Source: Macrostomum lignano (Eukaryota). From it: 64,000 bases of DNA. The position numbers were made by a program, and so were the translations under genes. This document shows, one piece after another, positions 49,585 to 58,660 of the stretch. The first letter of the stretch is position 1; every line of letters starts with the position of its first letter. Where the stretch lies: assembly GCA_002269645.1 (NCBI GenBank), contig NIVC01002146.1, positions 136,668-200,667 of the forward strand, given 5' to 3'. Below the pieces are notes generated by a model. That model saw nothing but the letters and a program-made list of their open reading frames with translations. It had not been told where the DNA came from and did not search any database.

Positions 49585-51782
49585 TGATGTAACCACGCTC
49601 TGGTCGCGGGATAGGGCATGGGAACTTTTTTGAAAGTGCCTCCTATCCCGTGCACCCTCTGCACAGAGCTGTCGAGACTCGGCCAGGTCTCCGACCGGGC
49701 CTGGAGACTCCCGCTCTGCTGCACCCCTCCTGCTGCCTTGGTCCCGTCTCTCCTGCCGCCACACCTGCCTTTCCGGAGCCCCTACCCCTTTCTGTACCTC
49801 CCCCTCTACCCTATCTCTTCTGTTCCCGCCCTATTCTTCCTGTACTTTCTCTACCTCCTCCCTTTTTTTGTCTCCCTCTGCACTCTTTTCCTGCGCTGTC
49901 CCCTCTTTCCCTGTGTCTACTTACAGTACTTTGTGTGCTCACCGTCTCCCCATCCCCTCTCAAACTCCCAAACGGTGACGCAAGTCGTGTGACCCCTTCT
50001 CCCCCTCGGTGACTCATCGATGACTCATCCCCCTCTCTTGCGCAACCTTTTCTCACGCTATTGTTCTCCTTCCCAAATTTCTCATGTGACACCCACCCCA
50101 CCTCCGCTTCTATTGTTCTCGTTTTTGCTTCTTTTGTTCTCTCGACCCCACCAATTATCACATTTTCTCCGATTTTCTCTTTCTTTTGTTCTCGTTTTCG
50201 CACCTAATTATCACCTTTTCTCCAATGTTTACTTTTCCATTGTTCTCAGTTTTCCCCAATTATCCCCGATTTCCAATTCCTTTGTTCTCGACCCCAGCCC
50301 TATTGTTCTCAATGTTTGCTTGCGCAACACTTTCGCGACCACCCGCTGCGCCAATTATCCCCCACCCCACCTCCGGATTGCGCAATTTCCCGATTTCTCA
50401 TGTTGCTATGCCGGTCTCATGCTTCTCATCATGACTCATTCTGACGTCATTCTGCCGGCAGCCAATCAGAGAGAGGGAGCCATGGTAACGACCTTGAGGA
50501 GGCGGCTGTGAGGTCTATAAAAGGAAGCGATTTCGGCATGAGAATACTCAACTGAGTTTATCTCTGTTCCTCTCCTCGTCCTTCTTTGGACTTGCTGTCA
50601 GATTGAGTTCTGACCCATTCGTCTATAAGACGAATCCCTGCCGGTCCGCGGTCTGTTACCGCCAAGTTATCCTTAGCTCCCCAAGTGAGCTCGCCTATCG
50701 GCCAGCGGTCTGATACCGCCCAGCATCATCAGCATCGCCTGATCTACATCAGCGCCTCGTCGCTCCAGCGCATCGCCGCTTCACCGTCTGCCTGACTGCA
50801 GCCTACAGCCGCCCTCGGTCACTCCGCCTCTCTCTCTCTCTGTGCAGCTGCCGGTAAGTTCCTACTACTAATTTGGGCTCTAATTGCCTTTGCTTATCCG
50901 GGGTTTGCCTATTTTCCATTGTCTGATTAGAGAGCTGAGCCAATTGTGATACCGTATCTTTTGCTGTATTTTACTCAATAGTGAAGCCGCCTAATTGCCT
51001 GCTTATTTGCCTAAGGGCCTAATTATTAACTATTAACTAACTTCATCATTATTCAATCTTTCACCATCATTTCACTCATGGCTTGCTAAGCCTTTCTCCC
51101 GGGGTGGCAAAGCATAAGGAAGTTTGGGTAAGCTAATGGCCTCTCCCCGTGCAAAGCCCGCCTGTGAGTGCGTGCTGCGGGGCCGCGTGTGCGTGCAGTA
51201 GAGGGATTAGCGAGTCTTGGCACAGAATGGCAGTAGGAAGGTTGCAACCCCATGCTAACGCGTCCCTTCGCCATGTTCGCCATGTTCGCCTCATACTACT
51301 CTTAGTAATCAAAGTCGCAAGTCAGCCTCGCTCACAGCCACAAAGGATCCCCTGCTGAGAAATCCTCCAGGATTGAGCCCAGAGTTCCCGATCATGCCCC
51401 AAGCAGAGTCCCTGTACTCGGCTGCATGCGTCTCCCCTGTTAGCCTAAATCCCCTGGTAACCAATCCAGGCGGGGCTCTAGCCTCGAGAGGTCTGGTAGA
51501 AAGATCCAGGTGCGCCAGGTCACATAGAGTGGTGGCAGCCACTCGGTCATACCATGACCGAGTGACCAACTATTGCACCTTGGCTACAGGTGGGGTCCAT
51601 GTGGGTCCTTGGCCCTCTGGTCACGAAGCGCTACCAAAGCTACTAATCATGTGGGCGGGACAGTCTGGTGCTGGAGGTCCGTCAGGTCATTGCCCGGTCA
51701 TAGGCAGCCTACGGTCATTGCCCCCTCTAGCCATGCGTTCGTCTCTCTACGGAGCGGACAGGCGACGAGGGCGGTTACATCA
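49585..51782 (+). repeat. 5' LTR (2198 bp)
   Basis: Direct repeat of 58661-60874; CCAAT at 50462, TATAAAAG at 50516. Confidence 0.95.
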
Positions 51783-51785
51783 AAA

Positions 51786-51803
51786 TGGTGGCAGCGGTGG
51801 GAT
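51786..51803 (+). promoter_or_regulatory. Primer-binding site complementary to tRNA-Leu 3' end
   Basis: TGGTGGCAGCGGTGGGAT, 3 nt after the LTR; complements the conserved eukaryotic tRNA-Leu end ...AUCCCACCGCUGCCACCA. Confidence 0.85.
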
Positions 51804-54152
51804 CTGGTGCAAACAGCGCTGAGTTTCGGACTGGTGGTTTAGATGTGACAAGCGCACCTGTGGCATCCCTCAGAATGGTGGCCGAAGCGCAAAGAGTGCC
51901 ATGTCTAAATCTACCAATCGTAAAAATCGCCAATCGTCATTCTCTTCTCCCATGGCGTGAGGCAACAAAATCCAAAAATATTAATGTAACTTTTCAAATT
52001 TTTCGGGCTGCGAATTCGTTCAATTCATTCGAAATTTCCAAATTCATTCATTCGCCAAAAGCCCCTGATTCAATTTAAAATTAATTTAGCCGATCAGTTT
52101 CAGCGCTAGAAAGTGTGAAGTGGTAGACGAGCGGATTTGATTACAATCAGAATAGCTACCTGGTAACGGAGTGTGTGAAGAACTGCGAAAGTGAATTTTC
52201 CGGACTCACTTTCTATTTCATGGTAATATGCTTTATTTCCCCTCCCTTTCTTTCTCTCGCCTAGCCTACAGCAGAACTGTGTGAGTGTTGAGGTGGACAG
52301 CCAGCCAGGTACGGAAGCCTCATCACGCAAGCCAGGGAAGCTGGAAGCGAAGCATTTCTTTCCTTTGTCCTACCTCTTTCTTTTACTCGGGGGAGTGTAA
52401 CAGTCGCTCTCCCTGATCGCTCAGTTAATCCTAGAAATGCGTAGAGACCGGAGCGTGTTTTGTTTGTCCATTAGAATGAACAGCTATCAAGGGCTATGGG
52501 GAACTCGCTATATATGCATAGTAAGGGAAGCAGTAGTCATGGCCTTGGAAACATTGGGGGATACCAAAGTCTCGCAGGAATGGGAATAGCGGTGTGATTG
52601 TATCTCTGTAGGGTATCAGTGTGACTCAAAAATCTCGGGCTAAAAAAAGTGTCACCTCCTATGGAATACCTGCGATCAGCCCGGACCTGAATTCTGCGGT
52701 AACCCCTGGTGCCTTCATGGCTGGGATTCGATCCCAACGTGTCTGCTGACTCTCCCCACTGTATTGCAGACCCGGTAGTAACTGCTTTGGTTGCATTTGG
52801 GCTGGTGCAGTGGCTGGAAATAGTAGATCCCATAGTATCCTATTGATAGTGGAGTTCAGTGAGTATTGGAATGGTGTACTGGAAGTCTGGTGGCCCCCAG
52901 TGATCTCGTAATGTTTCCTGCTGCATTCTCCTCCTTTAGTAATTCCTCCCCCCTGCTGTCAGTCTGATAGGGGAGGTGGGTGTGCCAATCAGCCCGACCC
53001 GGTAGAACGGCGCTCCTGCCCGACTTGTCAGCCTGGCCCAGGAAGGCGCTATTGCGCAACTCTTTTCCCCTCTGGCCACTGCAGCCCACTAAGCGCTTAG
53101 ACGCAGGGTTGCATGCAGTCCCCTAATGTAAAGCCCCGGTACATAGAGTGCCACCCCAGTGCCCCGCAAGGTCAATAAGACGGGTTGACGTCTCTGGCAA
53201 CTTGGAATAACCTAGATGGAGGTACCGCTGTCTCCTGGTAGAACCGGGCGTTCAAGTACAGTAAAGTGGAGAGGCTGACAACTGTAGGACTTTCTCCGCC
53301 ATCAGATAAAGGTCCCAAGTATGCTATTTCGAGCTGCAGCAAAGGTGGAGTATCGGAGGGGCAAGCATTTCAGGAAGATACTCACTTAGGTCTGTTTATC
53401 CTAGGAAAGCGGGCGAGAGTTTCAGGCTTGTAATCCGCCTAACCTGAAAACTTCGGGGACAGTTTAGTCTGGACTCCCGCTGCGCGCCTTCGCTCTGAAC
53501 AGAAGGGGAGGTCTTGGTTTTTGTGGATTCTGCTAGACGTAGGGGAGCTGGATTCCCGCCTTTTGTGAAGCTGCGTGTACAAGATTGGTAGTCCTGAGGT
53601 GGAAGCCCCACTGGACTCCGACGGTTTTCCGGCTGTGCAAGGGCAGTAAAGTGGGAGGACCTCCATGGGGATTGCTCCCGCCACTTGGGTTTTTGGGTCC
53701 AGGCGCCAACGCTTCTTCGTAGTGCTTTCTTAAGGAAATGGGGTCCGGCGCGCAACCCTAGGGGAGAATTTGTACAGGTGCCGTAAGTCCGTTTACGGTC
53801 GGCATTTGGGTTCCCTAGCATGGCCGCAAAATGAAGGTCAAGTCTCTCTGAATAGCCAATTTTTCCCTGTCAGGATGTGCCATAGACAACTGGTAGTGGT
53901 AGCCGCAGTTTGAGTCAGTGTGCTTTGCCGAGTGAAGCCGTTAGGACTGCCTAAATGGAATTATGTGGAGCCACCCGTTTTTCAATTTGTTTTCTTCGAC
54001 GCCGCAAGTATGTGGGTTTTGTCTGTGTTTGTGTGTGTGTGAGTGTGTTTGTGTGTTTCGGATCAACTTTTCGGTCTTTACCTGTAGTTGCCCCGGTTTT
54101 CTTTTCTTTTCCTTCCCGGTGGTGGGTACTCCCCCAGCTATCCGGCATTCAC

Positions 54153-55457
54153 ATGTCACGGGCGCGTGGAGATAGGGTCGTAGAAGCTGTGTGCGCAGAC
54201 GCCCCTGGTCAACCACCCTCGGCCGCTGACACCCCAGCAGTTGCCGCCCCCGCAGCCGCAATGGCCGCAGCCGCTGGTAACCAGGTCCCTCAGCCTCCAG
54301 AAGCAGTAGTAGTTGAGGAACCAGATGAAGGAGTAGCAGCTCCCGCTCCCAATCAGGGTGGCGCAGCAGCCGCCGCTGCTCCCCCGGACGCAGCCCAGAA
54401 TCCTCCTCAGGCAGTCCCGCAGCTAGGAGACTTAGTTGCCGCTATAGCCAATGCGTTTAACCAGCTAAACATGGGCCAAGACGCCCAGAGGCCGAAAATC
54501 TACGTAGAAAAGTTCTCTCCCGGCGAACACTGTTTTGTGCAATGGGTAGAGAGAATGATCTACAAGCTGGACGCGGAGAGAACTGTAGGAGATCAGGCTA
54601 GGAAGCAGGTGCTCATCTCGCACCTCCCAGGTGAATTTCAGAACTTAGCCTTAGGATTGGACGGGCAATTGCCCTTTGAGCAGTTCGTATCTAGATTAGG
54701 AGAGCAGTTGGGCGAGGCCAACACTGATCTGGCTAAGAGAAATAAGCTGAAGAATCTGAGCCAGAAACCCGGCCAATCACATAGTGCTTTTGCTGCTATG
54801 ATAAGATCTCAGATAACGGCCATGTTTCCTCAGATTCAGGGTGAGCAGAGAGAACAAGAAATCGTGTACACCTACTTGGAACACGCTAAGCTCCCCCGCC
54901 AGGTCAGACAAGATCTGTTGAGCCGTCGCTGGCAGACAATTGAGCAGGTGTTAGAACAGCAGCAAGCCCTGTTAGAAGCCGCAGACTTAGCCGGGAAATG
55001 GGACAGTAGTGGCCCGCCCAGGTCTGAGTCCCGCACCGAAGTCCGTCTGCAACCTCAGCAGCCACCCAGGCCCCCTCGCAAGTGGGTCAGGATGGTGAAC
55101 CAGGAAGCTGACGAGACGGAGGAGGACGGTGACGGCCTATCAGAGATGCAAGAGAGGTTGGGCGCGCTAGAGCAAACGCAAAAGGATCTGCGCAACCAGC
55201 TGGTGCAGCTCAATGAAACTATGAAGGCGACAGCAGAGTCTGTTGCCCAGCTGCCCCAGCAGATGAGGCCCCCTCGCCCCGCCACTCCCAACAGGAACTG
55301 GAGGCAGGGGCAGGGCGGCTCTAATAGCAGTAGGAACTGGCGCCAACCCCAGCCCCCGCCGCTTGCAATTCAGGAGGCGCCCACGCCGCCGGCGCCGGGT
55401 GTGCAGCAGCAGCAATTGCAGCTTCGTGCGCCACTGATCGCCATAGGCAAGATTTAG
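54153..55457 (+). CDS. Gag (retrotransposon capsid-like); probably extends to ~55593 if two 1-nt deletions are corrected
   Basis: Ala/Pro-rich N-terminus, capsid-like 'KFSPGEHCFVQWVERM...LKNLSQKPGQSHSAFAAMI', then a coiled coil; ATG 54153 follows a strong acceptor. Confidence 0.8.
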   Translation: MSRARGDRVVEAVCADAPGQPPSAADTPAVAAPAAAMAAAAGNQVPQPPEAVVVEEPDEGVAAPAPNQGGAAAAAAPPDAAQNPPQAVPQLGDLVAAIANAFNQLNMGQDAQRPKIYVEKFSPGEHCFVQWVERMIYKLDAERTVGDQARKQVLISHLPGEFQNLALGLDGQLPFEQFVSRLGEQLGEANTDLAKRNKLKNLSQKPGQSHSAFAAMIRSQITAMFPQIQGEQREQEIVYTYLEHAKLPRQVRQDLLSRRWQTIEQVLEQQQALLEAADLAGKWDSSGPPRSESRTEVRLQPQQPPRPPRKWVRMVNQEADETEEDGDGLSEMQERLGALEQTQKDLRNQLVQLNETMKATAESVAQLPQQMRPPRPATPNRNWRQGQGGSNSSRNWRQPQPPPLAIQEAPTPPAPGVQQQQLQLRAPLIAIGKI

Positions 55458-55574
55458 AGGAGTGGGGCAGAGATATGTTAGACGAGGCTACCAGGGAGAG
55501 GCAGGAGAGGCTCGCCCAGCTGCGCGCGCAAGCTCTGATGCCTCCTCCTTCCACGCCTGAAGAGCCCCGGGTTC

Positions 55575-55637
55575 GGGAAACCCGTGGGAGGGCTGAATGG
55601 CCCGGCCCGAACTCAGCCCCGTTCCCTCTCTAGGGCC
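55575..55637 (+). promoter_or_regulatory. Putative -1 programmed ribosomal frameshift signal (GGGAAAC + pseudoknot)
   Basis: Slippery heptamer 55575-81; stem GGGCTGA (55590-96)/TCAGCCC (55613-19); loop GGCCC can pair with GGGCC (55633-37); the -1 frame is the protease frame. Confidence 0.7.
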
Positions 55638-56099
55638 CAGCTTAACCTGCCACGTCCGCCCAGCAAGAAGTTTAGATTTGAGAAGGTACCCGATTTCTAT
55701 CAGCCAAGACCAGCTAGAGGACAACGCGGGAGAGATATTGTTGTAGAGTTGCCAATTGAGAATGTTCCCACCCGCCTCCTGGTAGATGGGGGCAGTGCGC
55801 TGTCTTTGCTAACAGTCAAAGACTTTACTAAAATTACCGGACAGAGTGTGGAGGCCCTGGAGCCCCCATGTGTGAAGGCCGTGTCCTACACGGGCAATGA
55901 ATTAGAGATGCTAGGCCAGGCCACCCTCACAGCAGTTATTGGGCTAGAAGAGGTGAGAATCCTCTTTCTGGTCGTTGGCAATTCAGCAGCAGTTTCCCTC
56001 CTGGGTAGTGCTTTTCTAGCCAGTACGCATGCTATCATAGACTATCGAACAGAAAAGGTTTACTTGCTAGGTGTGAGTCTCCCATTCGACCCCCGCTGA
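55584..56099 (+). CDS. Retropepsin-like aspartic protease domain
   Basis: 'VELPIENVPTRLLVDGGSALSLL' and 'SLLGSAFL...AIIDY'; active site reads DGG rather than D(T/S)G; stop TGA 56097-99. Confidence 0.8.
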   Translation: MGGLNGPARTQPRSLSRAQLNLPRPPSKKFRFEKVPDFYQPRPARGQRGRDIVVELPIENVPTRLLVDGGSALSLLTVKDFTKITGQSVEALEPPCVKAVSYTGNELEMLGQATLTAVIGLEEVRILFLVVGNSAAVSLLGSAFLASTHAIIDYRTEKVYLLGVSLPFDPR

Positions 56100-58643
56100 G
56101 TAACAGATCGGTAGCTAGCCAGTGATTGCTTAATTCCCCCCCCCGATTCGCGTGTCGAAATTTTGCTCGTGTTGCCCCGTTGGAGACCGCTTTTCGCGTA
56201 TTTACGTATGCCCTCTATTACTCGAATTTATGTTGTGACCTCGTGCTCGTTGGTGTTGTTTAAATATCTAAGATTTTAGCTCGAAAATTAGGCCCGTACA
56301 GTATGCGTTAATTCCCTATCAGTAAATATTAACTTGGAAACTAGTAAAATTTCTATGGGTCTGCTCCACAGGAGGTCCTGCCCCGCTGTTTAAGATTTTC
56401 TGGGAACAATGGAAGTCTGGGACCGTAGGAAATTAGCACCTTTAGGTCTGATTTCGTGTGTTTGTTCACACTTTGTGAAAGTCCGATTTTGGGAAACTTT
56501 TAATTGGTTTCGATGAGGCAATAGGGGGGGCATTCAATGTAATTAAGTTTATCAGGCAAATGGGGCAGCAATTAGTTTAGAGTAGGCCAGTGGTTTAGTC
56601 AATGTAAAGTCAGGTAAGTAATTAAAGTCAAGTTATGGGGACAGATAGTTCAGAATTAGTAAGTAAGCATTAAGAACCACCAGCATCAGCAGTTGGGAAG
56701 CCGCAGAAATAGCTCCAAGAGCAGTAGCCAGTGCATTGTGAGACCGGCTATTAGGGCCGTCGACAGCACGACCAAATGCCAGGAGCCGTCGGTCTCCACC
56801 ACAGGGGTTGGCAAGGGCTGTGGAGCGGCAGCCACGGGCGTCACCGCGGCGACCGGCGGCGGAGCGTGCGCTCGGGCTGACAACGGCGGTGGTACCGGAT
56901 GCCAACCGGCCCCGGACGCTGGTTCGCTGGCGGCCCGGCGGTCGCATGGCCCGGGAGCCGCGGCGCCTATGCACCAGATGGCGCAGCCGGCCCAGAATCA
57001 GAGGGGGCGTCCGGCTCTGAATGGCTGTCTTCGGGCGCTTCGTAGTCGGACTCCTCTTCAAGGATGGGCTCGGCTACTAGCGGCCGGAATCCTGAAAATG
57101 AGAATTTAAGGGATGAAATAGAAGTAGGGAACTAGCCGGGTATTAGGATGTAGATAGATGGGGATTTTAACTTTATGGCGTGTGGTAGTGGCCTTCCTGG
57201 GGGTTTCTTCCTTTCTTCATTCCCTCTCCTTCCCTTGAGCTCTAGGTGATCAAGTAGTGGTAGCCTTCTTCCCGCCTTCTTTTAATGATACACCTCTAAG
57301 TGATGGCAGTTTTTCGTCTTCCTCTCCTCTGGTAGAAGGGCAAATGGTGGCAGTTTCCCCGGGCAATCCACTCTAAGTGGTGACGGGTTCCCTCTTTCTC
57401 TTCCCTGTTAATGTACAATTGGTGGCAGTTTTCCCTAGCAACCTCTCTCAAAATGGTGGCTGATCCTCCTTTTCTTTTCTTTGGTAATGCGCCAAGATGG
57501 TGGTAGGTTCCCCTTTCTCTTTTATAATAGTACATCAAACTGGTGGCAGTCAAATTAATGATTAATTCCTCTTTCGAATTCTTTCGGCTGTTAAGTTTAT
57601 GAGGGTCTCGGAGGCATGGATGAGAACTGCGTGCGCGTGGCGTTGAAGGAAGAAATCGAAGGGAGTTGGGCCGCATCATCATTTATCCTCCGGAGTCTAA
57701 TCTCCCAAATCCCTCTTCTATTCATATTATTAAATATTGTTTTCTAATATGCATTTTACTAATAATATACGAGTCTTGTTGTGTCATTATCAAATTCATA
57801 AAAATGTCTGTGTTGGCTCTCACTCTTTACCGTAAGAAAGACATATATTATTACTGCAATTGGCTCAGTTTAAATGAAAGGCATGGCGAGTGGGTAGATT
57901 TCGTTTAACGTATAGGCGAAAGGAAATCAGGTTGGTGATGGGACTTACCGAGTAGTTGTATAGTTTGGAAAATCGCGCTGAGTGCCTTGGTTGGAAACTG
58001 CGACTCCGTGTAGGTTGCAGGCAGCCGGCTCCCGTTATCAGTGGCGCCTTTTATACAGTGGCCAGCGCACGGCGCGGCGCCTCCCAGCCTACAACCGATC
58101 GCCCCGAAGCCCTCTGACTGGCTGAAGCGGGGTCCGAGCCTTCAAGGACGCTAGGCCTCCGTGCGGTTGAACTCCCGGCGAAATTAGCTTATTAATTTAC
58201 TGCGCTGCATTAGTATTTTTCCCCTGTGTAATCGTCATTCTCCCCGAGGCTCTGCCCTTGGCTGTGTGCTAGCAACCCTTCCCCCCTTCTTTTTCCCCAC
58301 TTCCCTCACCCTTCCCCGTTTCCTCTCTTTCCCAGCTGCGCTTCTATCCAATTATGATAATTTATTGTTGACAATTCGCTATTTTTCTCCCTACTATTGC
58401 GCTGTCTGTGTTTCCCCCCTCCCACTTTAGCCACAGCAACAGTTGAAATTTTTGAAATTCTGTATTGCACTCCAACCTATGTATCTCGTGTTGTGAATTT
58501 ATTGCTATCCCCTCTATTTTATCGCCTTTTTCCATTCCCGCTCGCGGTTTGTTAATTCTGTGATTTCACGTTCGGTTGAGATCCCGCTCCCGTCTGTGTG
58601 GTTCCATGTTGGGCAGTGATGATGACGGAACCAGTTCCGTCAC

Positions 58644-58660
58644 AAAAGGCAGTGGGGGTG
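58644..58660 (+). promoter_or_regulatory. Polypurine tract
   Basis: AAAAGGCAGTGGGGGTG directly before the 3' LTR. Confidence 0.75.

Noticed and set aside
49618-51842. ORFs inside the LTRs (duplicated at 58694-60907)
   Set aside because: Low-complexity pyrimidine-rich or short; homopolymer indels between the two LTRs change them; no recognisable domain.
53955-54152. Upstream in-frame extension of the gag ORF (MELCGATRF...)
   Set aside because: Runs through a (GT)n microsatellite and a polypyrimidine tract; looks intronic/leader, so ATG 54153 is preferred.
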